From Chthoniobacterales bacterium (GTDB lineage Bacteria; Verrucomicrobiota; Verrucomicrobiia; Chthoniobacterales; DASVRZ01), in assembly GCA_038225185.1 (NCBI GenBank), contig JBBRFA010000001.1, positions 20,754 through 84,753 of the forward strand: a DNA stretch of 64,000 nt, written 5' to 3'. The translations under genes and the position numbers were made by a program. Positions 18,270 to 26,949 of the stretch are shown here, piece after piece. Below the pieces are notes generated by a model. The model saw only the letters and a program-made list of their open reading frames with translations. It was not told the origin of the DNA and searched no databases. Position 1 is the stretch's first letter. The number at the start of each line of letters is the position of its first letter.

Positions 18270-18372
18270 GGCAGTCTGCCTGCCGTTGAAGATAACCTGC
18301 CTGCCGGCGAGGCGAACCTGGGAGTTGGAGCCAGGATGTTTAAACCGGCAGGCAGGATGCCTACCCTGCCGG
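18270..18372. repeat. Intercistronic inverted/direct repeat cluster (CTGCCTGCCG motif) between oppB and oppC
   Basis: Perfect 12-bp inverted repeat cctgcctgccgg (18296-18307) / ccggcaggcagg (18345-18356). A further direct copy gtctgcctgccg lies at 18275-18286, the palindrome ggcagtctgcc at 18270-18280, and a partial cctgccgg at 18365-18372. Confidence 0.55.
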
Positions 18373-18396
18373 TGAGTTGATCGCCGGGGTGAAATT

Positions 18397-19326
18397 TCAT
18401 CGTCGTATGCGCGGGTCGAGCAGAGCCTGGATGACATCGACCAACAAATTAAAGACAACGATGAGCACGGCGTAAAAAACCACGGTGCCGAGGATGAGTG
18501 AATAATCGCGATTGAAGGCGCCCTTGATAAATTCACCTCCGAGGCCGGGGAGTTTGAAGATTTTTTCGACGACGAAAGAGCCGGTGATGAGACCGGCGAG
18601 GGCGGGGCCGAGAAAAGAGACCACGGGAGCGAGGCCGCCTTTCAAGCAATGGCGGAGGACGAGTCGCCAGGGGCCGACTCCCTTGGCGCGGGCGGTGCGG
18701 ATGTAATCCTGGTTAAGCACGTCGAGCATGCCGCTGCGGGTGAGGCGGGCGATGTAAGCGCCGTAAAACAGCCCGAGGGTGAGCGATGGGAGGAAAAGCG
18801 GAGGGAGCCAGGCGTTGCCTACTTTTTCCACGCCAAAGACGTTGGCCCAGTCGAGCCAGATGCCAAAGGTGATGGCGAGAATGGGCCCCATGACGAAGGT
18901 GGGGAGGCAGATACCGGTCATGGCAAACGACATGGCAGAGTAATCGGCCCAGGTGTTTTTTCCAAGCGCGGCGACGATTCCCAGGGGCAGGCCGATGGCG
19001 AGGGCGATGAGCAATGCATAGGAACCCACCTGGAGGGAGATGGGAAATGAGCGGGCGATGACTTGATTGACCGATTCGGTGGGATAGGTAAACGAGGGGC
19101 CGAGATCGCCTTTGAGCAGTTGCTTGAGGTAAAGGAAATATTGCTCGGTAAGCGGCTTGTCGAGGCCGTAATAGGCGTTGAGTTTGGCGATGACTTGGGG
19201 GGCGGCCTGGCGTTCGGAGCTAAAGGGGCCGCCGGGTGCTTTTTTGGCCATCCAGAAAGTGATGGTGATGACGATGAGTAAGACCGGGAGAAGCTGGAGC
19301 AGGCGCTGAAGAATGAATTTGATCAT
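18397..19326 (-). CDS. oppB: Oligopeptide ABC transporter permease
   Basis: 309 aa. Typical OppB/DppB start MIKFILQRLLQLLPVLLIVITITF and EAA loop YIRTARAKGVGPWRLVLRHCLKG. Confidence 0.9.
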   Translation of the reverse strand: MIKFILQRLLQLLPVLLIVITITFWMAKKAPGGPFSSERQAAPQVIAKLNAYYGLDKPLTEQYFLYLKQLLKGDLGPSFTYPTESVNQVIARSFPISLQVGSYALLIALAIGLPLGIVAALGKNTWADYSAMSFAMTGICLPTFVMGPILAITFGIWLDWANVFGVEKVGNAWLPPLFLPSLTLGLFYGAYIARLTRSGMLDVLNQDYIRTARAKGVGPWRLVLRHCLKGGLAPVVSFLGPALAGLITGSFVVEKIFKLPGLGGEFIKGAFNRDYSLILGTVVFYAVLIVVFNLLVDVIQALLDPRIRR

Positions 19327-19760
19327 CGGGCGTTCAATTCACGGCCAAACGAAGCGGTGGGTGGGCGTCGCGAATGCAGCAGGGATGCAAACGGATTGGC
19401 CGCAGCCGCAGGATCGGGGGTCTGCACCGAGAGAGGACAATCTCCCGCTTTGCTGATTGATAGACCCGTTCTCGAAAGTTGACTGCATTTATTTTAATCA
19501 CGATTGGACACGAAGTGACGCGAATAGAGAATAAAATATGCCGTATGGTAATTAATACGTGTCCAGGGGTGTCCATTCGTGGTTTTTTCCAAAAGCTGGC
19601 GGATGCCAGGTGCGGCAGAGAGATCGAGGATTTCATGGAAAGGGTGAGATGTCAGATCGATTTTGATGCACTCGAATGAGATTCACAATGTCATAAAAAA
19701 TCCCTGCCATTGCCTGCCCGGTCGGCGGTGCGGGTGTGCTTGAGCGGCGGGCGCTCACTT

Positions 19761-21389
19761 TTACTCCTGCAAGTCGATATACTTGTAGTTGTGATTATCG
19801 AGGAGGAGAGGTTTCCAGTTTTTGACATGGGGCGACTGGAGATAAATGCGGGTATACCAATAGATGAGGCCGACGGGTGGATCGTTAAGGAAAATGGTTT
19901 CGGCTTTTTGGAGGAGATCGAAGCGTTTGGCGGCGTCGCCCTCGCGCTGAGCCTGGGCGATGAGGGCGTCGAATTCGGGATTGGACCAGCCCGTGTTATT
20001 GTTACCATTGCCGGTGGTCCAGAGGGAAAGGAAGGTGATGGGGTCCATGTAATCGCCGATCCAACCGGAGCGGGAGATTTGGTATTTAAGGTTGGTCTGG
20101 GAGTCGAGATAGACTTTCCATTCCTCGTTGCGAATGGAGACTTCGATGCCTAGCTCTTCCTTCCACATTTGCTGGATGGCTTCGGCGATGACTTTGTGCG
20201 ACTCGGAGGTGTTAATGAGGACTTCCAATTTGGGAAAGTTTTTGCCGTCCGGAAATCCAGCTTGAGCGAGGAGTTGGCGGGCTTTATCGGGATCGTAGCT
20301 GATGAGATCGGGGGTCTGGTAATTGCCCAGGCCGGGAGGTGTGAAACCGGTGGCGGGAGTCTGGCCGCCGCGGGTGATATTTTCGACAATGGACTCGCGG
20401 TCGATGGTGAGGTTGAGTGCCTGGCGAATGCGGACGTCTTTTAACGCCGGGACGGTGACGTTAAAGCGATAGAAATAGGTGCCGAGATAGGGATCGAGGC
20501 GGATGAGTCGGGCGTTGTCGCGCCGGTAACCGGGGATTTTATCGAGGGGAACTTCGTTGGTTTGATGGAGTTGCCCGGCGCGGAAGGCGCGTTCCTCGGT
20601 GTTTTGATCTTCGATGGGGTAGAATTCGATGCCGTTAAGCAGGACTTTGGCGGCGTCCCAATATTTGGGGTTGCGTTCGACGGAGATGACTTGGTTGACC
20701 TTCCATTCCTTGAGTTTGAAGGGACCGGTGCCGACGTAATTTTCGGGGCGGGTCCAGAGGGAGACGCGGTCGTCGATTTTACCAAATTTAAGGATGGTGG
20801 GGGGATGCACTGGGAACCAACTGTAATGGGTAAGGATGGAAAGAAAGTAGGGCGTGGGACCGACGAGAGTGATGCGCAGGGTGCGGTCGTCGAGGGCTTT
20901 GACGCCTACCTGGGAGAAATCGGTGAGGATGCCTTTTTTGTAATCCTCGGCACCGACCATGATGTAAAGTTGATCTGCATAATCGGCGGCGAAATCTGGC
21001 GACAACATGCGTTGATAGGAGAAAACGAAGTCGGAGGCTTTGACGGGATCGCCATTGGACCATTGGGCGTTTTCGCGAATGGTAAAGGTCCATTCGCTGG
21101 AGTCGGCGTTGGGTGCCCATTTTTCGGCCAGGCCAGGCTCGGGGAGGGCTTGATCGGTGGGATGGTAGGCGATAAGGCCTTCCATGATTGCGGTGATGAT
21201 TTTATTTTCGGTGACGCCTTTGACGGTTTGAGGGTCGAGATTTTGTGGTTCGGTGCCATTGCCGATGAGGAGGATTTTATCGCGGGTGGCCTGTTCGACT
21301 TTGGTCTGTGCGGTGAGGGTGGTGGCGAATGCCAGGAGGCATGTGCCAGCCAGGATGGCGCGGGTGGCGAGGTCGAATAAATGCGGCAT
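19761..21389 (-). CDS. oppA: Peptide ABC transporter substrate-binding protein (family 5, OppA-like)
   Basis: 542 aa. Signal peptide, then family-5 SBP hallmarks: GTEPQNLDPQ..., ..WSNGDPVKASDFVFSYQR.., NPKYWDA. The specificity assignment is generic. Confidence 0.85.
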   Translation of the reverse strand: MPHLFDLATRAILAGTCLLAFATTLTAQTKVEQATRDKILLIGNGTEPQNLDPQTVKGVTENKIITAIMEGLIAYHPTDQALPEPGLAEKWAPNADSSEWTFTIRENAQWSNGDPVKASDFVFSYQRMLSPDFAADYADQLYIMVGAEDYKKGILTDFSQVGVKALDDRTLRITLVGPTPYFLSILTHYSWFPVHPPTILKFGKIDDRVSLWTRPENYVGTGPFKLKEWKVNQVISVERNPKYWDAAKVLLNGIEFYPIEDQNTEERAFRAGQLHQTNEVPLDKIPGYRRDNARLIRLDPYLGTYFYRFNVTVPALKDVRIRQALNLTIDRESIVENITRGGQTPATGFTPPGLGNYQTPDLISYDPDKARQLLAQAGFPDGKNFPKLEVLINTSESHKVIAEAIQQMWKEELGIEVSIRNEEWKVYLDSQTNLKYQISRSGWIGDYMDPITFLSLWTTGNGNNNTGWSNPEFDALIAQAQREGDAAKRFDLLQKAETIFLNDPPVGLIYWYTRIYLQSPHVKNWKPLLLDNHNYKYIDLQE

Positions 21390-21407
21390 GATGCGAGGAA
21401 AAAGGAT

Positions 21408-23555
21408 TTATTTTTTCTTTTTGGAAGGAGGCGTCGGGCTCGGTTCAAGGGCGGCATTGACGCCGATGGAATCGAGGAAAGGAGCGAGGGAGCGGGGGCG
21501 TCCGAGAAATTTTTCGATGGAGATATTCACGTCGCGCGAGTTACCGCTGGCGTAGATTTCTTCGCGCATGCGCAGGCCGACTTCGCGGTCGAGATAGCCG
21601 TCGGGGGATTTCTCGAAGATGGTGGCCATGTCGGCGGCGATTGCGTCGGACCAGGCGTAGCCGTAGTAACCGCCATCGTAGCCGTTGAGATGGCCGAAGC
21701 TGGCGACCATGGCGGTGGAGGGATCGACGGGAAGAAGGGTCTCGCTGAGGATGCGGTTGGAGATGCCAACGACGTCGATGGATTCGCTGGAGGTATGGGG
21801 ACCGTGCAAGACAAGATCGGTGATGCCGAAAGAAAGCTGACGGCGATAGGTCATCCCGGTGAGAGCCAGCTTGGCGGCTTTCATTTTTTTAAGGATGTCG
21901 CCGGGAAGTTTTTTCTTTGGGTTACGATAATCGGCGGCGAAGGTATCGAGGACGGCTTTATCCCAGACCCATTTTTCGAGCATTTGCGAAGGGGCTTCGA
22001 CGAAATCGCGGGGGACACTCGTGCCACTGAAGCGGGCGTATTTTGATTGGGTAAGGATGGAGTGCATGGCGTGGCCAAACTCGTGGAAGAGCGTCTCGAC
22101 GTCGCCGTGGGAGAGAAGGGAGGGTTTGTCTTTTTGCGGGGGGGGAAAGTTGCAGCAAAGGGCGACGGTGGGACGTTGATAGGTGCCGTTGGGGAGACGT
22201 TTGCCGTCGATGAGACCGAACTGGGCGAAGTGATTGTATTTGCCTTCGCGAGGGAACATATCGAGGTAGAAAAGGCCGAGGGGAGCGTTGGTTTTGGAAT
22301 CGCTGACGTAGTAGAGCTGGAGATCCTCGACCCATTTATCGTTGAGTTGCACGGGTTCGAGTTTGATTTGGAAGATGCGTTCGTAGGTGGCGAACATGCC
22401 TTCGAGCACTTTTTGATATGGGAAATAGTTGCGGAGGACTTCGGTATCGACCTCGAATTTTTGTTTGCGATATTGCTCGGACAAGTAACGCCAGTCCCAG
22501 AGGTTGACGTCGGGGTTTTCGGAATATTTTTCCTTGCTTTTGATTTCTTTGAGGGCGGCGAGTTCCTGGTCGAGTTTGGGTTGGAGGCCGGTTTTGAGGT
22601 TTTGAAGAAATTGGAGCGCGGTGTCGCCTTTGCCAGCCATGCGGGGTTCGATCTGGTAATCGGCCCAGGAGTTATAGCCGAGGAGGGTGGCGATCTCGGA
22701 GCGGAGCTCGACCATTTTTTTGATGAGAGGAACGTTATTGTCTTTGGCGCGACTGTCGCGGGCGAGATAGATTTTTTTGCGAATGGATTCGCGGACGGCA
22801 TTTTGGAGAACGCCGAGGACCTGGAAACTGATGTTGGCGTCGATGGTGTAGGTGTCTTCGCCGGTTTTGACGCCGGGGGCGGCGAGGATGGATTCGGGGA
22901 CGCCTTCAAGTTCGGCAAGAGTGAAGTTGAGCAGGGTGGTGGAGGCCGCGATGTTGGAATCGAAATCAGTGCCGACGCGGGCGAGTTCTTTGCGGAGTTC
23001 CTCGACTTTTTTGCGTTGATCGGGTGGCAGGGCGAGGCCGGCGCGCTTGTAATCGAGCAGGGTATCCTGGATGAGGCGCTGGTCTTCCTCATCGCCGGCA
23101 GGTTTGGTGTCGGCAAAAGCTCGAAGAACTTGATACACGTCCTCACGATAGTCGGTGCTGACGCTCCAATCTTCAAATTTTTTAATGGCTTCGCTGGCGG
23201 CTTCGCGAAGGGCTTTGTCGGGGCTGGTTTCCTTGAGCCAAAAGATGCGGCTCGCGACGAGACTAGCTTCGAAGCCGATTTGATCGATTTCCTGGAAGGT
23301 GTTGGCAAAAGTGGCAGCGACCGGGGTAAGGGCGGCGATGGCGTCGAGGCGTTTGTTGCTGTCGCCGATGGCTTGATCGACGGAGGTGCTGATTTGTTCG
23401 ACGGATTTTTCCCATTTGGGGAGAGCGAGGACGACTTGATGTTCGACGGCGGCGAGTTGCAGATCCTCCAGTTTTTTGGGTGTGGGCTGGGCCATAAGTG
23501 CGGAGGTGCCGAGTGCAAAAAGCGGAACGGCGAGGCGTGTGATAATGCGTTTCAT
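21408..23555 (-). CDS. Secreted M3-family zinc metallopeptidase (oligopeptidase A/Dcp/thimet-like)
   Basis: 715 aa. Signal peptide MKRIITRLAVPLFALGTSALMA-Q, zinc motif TLFHEFGHAMHSIL, and a downstream EAPSQMLE third ligand. Confidence 0.9.
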   Translation of the reverse strand: MKRIITRLAVPLFALGTSALMAQPTPKKLEDLQLAAVEHQVVLALPKWEKSVEQISTSVDQAIGDSNKRLDAIAALTPVAATFANTFQEIDQIGFEASLVASRIFWLKETSPDKALREAASEAIKKFEDWSVSTDYREDVYQVLRAFADTKPAGDEEDQRLIQDTLLDYKRAGLALPPDQRKKVEELRKELARVGTDFDSNIAASTTLLNFTLAELEGVPESILAAPGVKTGEDTYTIDANISFQVLGVLQNAVRESIRKKIYLARDSRAKDNNVPLIKKMVELRSEIATLLGYNSWADYQIEPRMAGKGDTALQFLQNLKTGLQPKLDQELAALKEIKSKEKYSENPDVNLWDWRYLSEQYRKQKFEVDTEVLRNYFPYQKVLEGMFATYERIFQIKLEPVQLNDKWVEDLQLYYVSDSKTNAPLGLFYLDMFPREGKYNHFAQFGLIDGKRLPNGTYQRPTVALCCNFPPPQKDKPSLLSHGDVETLFHEFGHAMHSILTQSKYARFSGTSVPRDFVEAPSQMLEKWVWDKAVLDTFAADYRNPKKKLPGDILKKMKAAKLALTGMTYRRQLSFGITDLVLHGPHTSSESIDVVGISNRILSETLLPVDPSTAMVASFGHLNGYDGGYYGYAWSDAIAADMATIFEKSPDGYLDREVGLRMREEIYASGNSRDVNISIEKFLGRPRSLAPFLDSIGVNAALEPSPTPPSKKKK

Positions 23556-23634
23556 AAAGAGGGTTGTGGTTGCATTTTTGGGTGAAAAAAAATTGCGGGT
23601 TGTGACCTAAACTGCCTTGTTTGACAGCAAAAGT

Positions 23635-24396
23635 TTAAGATTGTTTGGCTGCTTTTTTGCCGTAGGCGCGAATTTTATCGCGGAGTTCGGCGGCGCGTTC
23701 GTAAGCTTCGAGGGCGATGGCTTTTTCCATTTCGCGCTGCATGATTTCGATGCGGGAGACTGGTTTGTTTTTGCGGATTTCATCGGCCCACTCGTCGAGG
23801 AAGCCGACTTCGGGACTGCGATTGGGGAGATCGGCGGGATCGACATCGTCGAGGAATTCGGCGATGGCAGAGCGGCCCCGGGCGATTTCCTTGAGAGCAC
23901 CGACAAAATCTTTTTTCTCCAGACGAATGGCGGCTTTGGCGCGCGTATTCATCATGGTGACGTAGGGACGGAATTGCTCGAAAGACCAGCGAATGTCCTC
24001 GTCATCGGTGCATTGGGCGACGAATGAGAAAAGGTCGAGGTTGCGCTGGGTGTCGCGCACTACATTTTGGAAGTCGTTGATTTGAAAGAGGCTGATGTAG
24101 CGGTGGTAATATTGAATGCCTTCCTGCTGGAGTTCACCACATTCGTTGGGCGAAAGGGCGTAATCGAGGCCTTTAGCTTCGGATTTTTTGGCGCGTTTTT
24201 GGTGCCAGGCGAGGAGACTCTCGCAATTGTGCGGGCGGCGTCCGTCCGGGCGACCTTCGATCTCCATCTGGATCAAACCGAGATCGATACGAAGTTGGAG
24301 TTTTTCCTTTTGATCGTTACCAACGATTTTACGGACTTTTATTTGACCGGGTTCATGCGGCCAATCCCCAAGCAAGTTATCAAGATCAAGATTCAC
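23635..24396 (-). CDS. UVR (UvrB/UvrC-motif) domain-containing protein of unknown function
   Basis: 253 aa. The C-terminus REMEKAIALEAYERAAELRDKIRAY is a textbook UVR motif. I do not recognise the N-terminal 200 aa. Confidence 0.6.
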   Translation of the reverse strand: MNLDLDNLLGDWPHEPGQIKVRKIVGNDQKEKLQLRIDLGLIQMEIEGRPDGRRPHNCESLLAWHQKRAKKSEAKGLDYALSPNECGELQQEGIQYYHRYISLFQINDFQNVVRDTQRNLDLFSFVAQCTDDEDIRWSFEQFRPYVTMMNTRAKAAIRLEKKDFVGALKEIARGRSAIAEFLDDVDPADLPNRSPEVGFLDEWADEIRKNKPVSRIEIMQREMEKAIALEAYERAAELRDKIRAYGKKAAKQS

Positions 24397-24451
24397 AGTC
24401 GCACTATCGAAATGCCTGGGGCACTTGTCAACGGAGGAGGTTGCACGGGGC

Positions 24452-24997
24452 TTACCACTCAGTTTTTGATTTCAAGGAAGCTGGATGGAAATATTCGGAG
24501 ACAATTTCACCGTCTTTGAGCACCCGCAGCCAGATGCCAAAGAGAGTGTCTTTTACTTTGTCTTTGGTGCCATCTGAATAAACCCAGTTTGCTTTCAATT
24601 CGCTTTTCTTAATCTCAACTGCTTTCGTCGTGAATTTATGAATGCCTGATTTGGCTAACGCCTCGATTTTTTCGGTGCCGGGATGGGCAATGAGCGGAAG
24701 CTTGGAACGCGCTCCGGTATGCTTGCCGCTGTCCTGTTGTCGATAGTTCCGATACTCAATGGTCAGTCCTCCTTGATCCACAAAAGTTGAGTTGCGAATC
24801 GCCACTTCATAGGCCCATTTTTCCTCGGTGATGTTGGTCGAGCCTTGATCGACCCGCTCCACATCCAGACGTTTTTTGGTGACCGTAAAATCGAAACGCA
24901 AAGGCTTCGCGGCCATCACTTGGCTGTGGGCCTCCGGCAATCCCATGGTTAACAGAGAACAGGCAAAAACCAAAACGCAGGTAATGAATCGATTCAT
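24452..24997 (-). CDS. Hypothetical secreted protein
   Basis: Track ORF trimmed to ATG 24997, giving the signal peptide MNRFITCVLVFACSLLTMGLPEAHS-Q. Predicted beta-rich, with no recognised motif. Confidence 0.5.
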   Translation of the reverse strand: MNRFITCVLVFACSLLTMGLPEAHSQVMAAKPLRFDFTVTKKRLDVERVDQGSTNITEEKWAYEVAIRNSTFVDQGGLTIEYRNYRQQDSGKHTGARSKLPLIAHPGTEKIEALAKSGIHKFTTKAVEIKKSELKANWVYSDGTKDKVKDTLFGIWLRVLKDGEIVSEYFHPASLKSKTEW

Positions 24998-25049
24998 GGC
25001 ATTTATAGTAAAGAAAATTGCCCCAAACAAAAGGTTTTTTTAAATTGAC

Positions 25050-26849
25050 CTAACGCGCACCTTCCAAGTCCAGAGCCCAGACCTCGGTAATTTCGATCTG
25101 TGGAGAAAACTTCAGCCTGAGAACTGGAGGTGGTTTGCCCACCCGGGTGATGCTCGAGAGTGTGCCTTTGGGACCGCTAAAAATCTTTAGATTGCGGCTG
25201 AGCGTGACATCATTTTTAAAAGTCCACTCCACTTTTTTGGCCCCTTTTGTGAAAATATTGATCGACCACACTGGCGCGTTGGTTGCGAACCGGATTTCCA
25301 CTTCATCCGGGGCCACCAATTTCCAAGAGAGGCGTTCATTTTCCCACGGCACCACCCAAACGGCCTGATATTTGCCTTTGGATTGGGGAACGCGCAACTC
25401 GATGGCGCGGTCTCCGGCGGCAGATGGCACCGGTCGTTTTTCCGCCCGGAAATCGGAATCCAGAAACGCCTGCGCTCCCCTAGCCCAGGCAACTTCGTCG
25501 AATGGCCCCGGCTTGAGATACTCCTTGGGCAGCGAATTCGCCAACTTATCCGGGCGCTCATTGACGTGAATGTTTACCCCCTTCGGATAAATCGCGCGAA
25601 TGATTTCGCCCGAAGCCTGGAAGTTTTCTTTCGGGATATATTTAAAATCACGCACCTTTATCCACGTTCCCCAAGCTAGAAATAAAGCGGCACCCAACAC
25701 CAGCCAGCAACGCGCCGCCGAGAAATGTGGCATCCGCAACGCCTTTCCCACCGCCAGCACCCCGATAAACAGCAGCGGAAAAGTGACGAAATTCGTCGCC
25801 CGCACCCGTGGCGTCTCCATTTTTAGACAAATCACCAAAAACACAAACGACGTCACCCCGATCAACGTCAGAGCCTTCCCCCCCACCTCGTCCTTTTTCC
25901 ACAAGGCAAAAGGTGCCGCCGCCACACCCACCAACGCGGCAAACACCACCCAGGACTTTTGCTGCAGGAGATACCAGTTAAACGTATTATAGAGCGCATT
26001 TAAATCCGGATACGACTGCCCCATTACATCCGAATAATTCGTCGCCACCGATGCCACCTGGCCCAGGATGGGCGCGTATAAAAGCCCGATTGCCAGCACC
26101 GACGCCACCCCCAGCCACCACACCCGACCATCGCGTGTCCACCACCATAAAAGCAGCAAAAGCAGTCCGCCGAAGAGCAAATAATGCGGCACCGAATAAG
26201 TCCCCAACACCACGCACACCGCGAGCCCAATCGCCGCCCCCCAGCGTGGCCGCTCGAAATAACTCCAGACACAGACACACGCCAGCACCGAAAAAAACGC
26301 CAGCAAACCATATCCGCGCGCCGCCAGATTCGTTTCCAATGCCCGCTGGCTCGTTGTCGCGAAGAAAAAGAAAAAGCCCACCTCCAGATACCATTTTCTT
26401 TTCACAAAAAACCTCAACCCCACCCCCAGCAAACCCGCAAACGCCAGCAACGACCACAATCGCCCCCGCCAACCCGCATAACTGTCGCGCCCCGGCGTCA
26501 CCGAACTCAATAAATTAAAAAACACATGATTCTTCGCCGCCCCATAATGCGTCATTACATAGCCCGGCCCCTTCGAGCTAAAACTCCGCACCGTTCCCAC
26601 CTCATCCACCTGCAACGGCGTCGTCACCATCACCTTGCCAAACACCGCTAGAAACGCCATTCCCACCAGCACCAGAACCATCATCGCCAGCTTTTCCACC
26701 GCCCCCTCCCTTCGCCAGGTAAGCCGCTCGTTCCAACGCGCCCACTCCAACGTCACCCGCCGGCCTAGCGCCTCGCTCCAACCCACGAGCGCGTTCGCCT
26801 TCCCGGCCAGCATCGCTCCTCCTCCTGCGATTTTATCAAAAATAATCAT
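25050..26849 (-). CDS. Polytopic membrane protein, GT-C-fold glycosyltransferase-like (ArnT/PMT-like), with a C-terminal periplasmic domain
   Basis: 599 aa with about 11 hydrophobic helices. The first loop carries an acidic pair PLQVDEVGT, like the DE/DD motif of GT-C enzymes. About 200 aa of soluble beta-rich C-terminus. Assignment rests on topology and motif only. Confidence 0.5.
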   Translation of the reverse strand: MIIFDKIAGGGAMLAGKANALVGWSEALGRRVTLEWARWNERLTWRREGAVEKLAMMVLVLVGMAFLAVFGKVMVTTPLQVDEVGTVRSFSSKGPGYVMTHYGAAKNHVFFNLLSSVTPGRDSYAGWRGRLWSLLAFAGLLGVGLRFFVKRKWYLEVGFFFFFATTSQRALETNLAARGYGLLAFFSVLACVCVWSYFERPRWGAAIGLAVCVVLGTYSVPHYLLFGGLLLLLLWWWTRDGRVWWLGVASVLAIGLLYAPILGQVASVATNYSDVMGQSYPDLNALYNTFNWYLLQQKSWVVFAALVGVAAAPFALWKKDEVGGKALTLIGVTSFVFLVICLKMETPRVRATNFVTFPLLFIGVLAVGKALRMPHFSAARCWLVLGAALFLAWGTWIKVRDFKYIPKENFQASGEIIRAIYPKGVNIHVNERPDKLANSLPKEYLKPGPFDEVAWARGAQAFLDSDFRAEKRPVPSAAGDRAIELRVPQSKGKYQAVWVVPWENERLSWKLVAPDEVEIRFATNAPVWSINIFTKGAKKVEWTFKNDVTLSRNLKIFSGPKGTLSSITRVGKPPPVLRLKFSPQIEITEVWALDLEGAR

Positions 26850-26949
26850 CTCGTGTTTGCAAAAAAAGATTCGCCACTTCCCGCAGCATCCGCTTTTTTA
26901 TCCTTCCTCCGGCTCCGATTCAAATCTAAACTCCCTATTTCCTTTAAAC

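Noticed and set aside
19334-19679. Small ORFs in the oppA-oppB gap (100 aa on the minus strand, 66 aa on the plus strand), considered as a possible toxin-antitoxin pair or small protein genes
   Set aside because: They have no recognisable motif, overlap each other on opposite strands, and the plus-strand one uses a TTG start. The composition looks non-coding. I kept only the observation that the gap is unexplained.
21881-23518. 545-aa ORF on the minus strand
   Set aside because: An off-frame reading of the M3 peptidase gene on the same strand. Extreme Pro/Ser/Lys bias and no motifs.
22047-23585. 512-aa ORF on the plus strand
   Set aside because: It lies entirely antisense to the M3 peptidase gene, which has a zinc motif and a signal peptide. 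The translation is low-complexity (G/E/F/D/A/V-rich) with no motif. This is the codon-aligned antisense frame, which stays open because the sense gene avoids TTA, CTA and TCA codons, so it is a shadow ORF.
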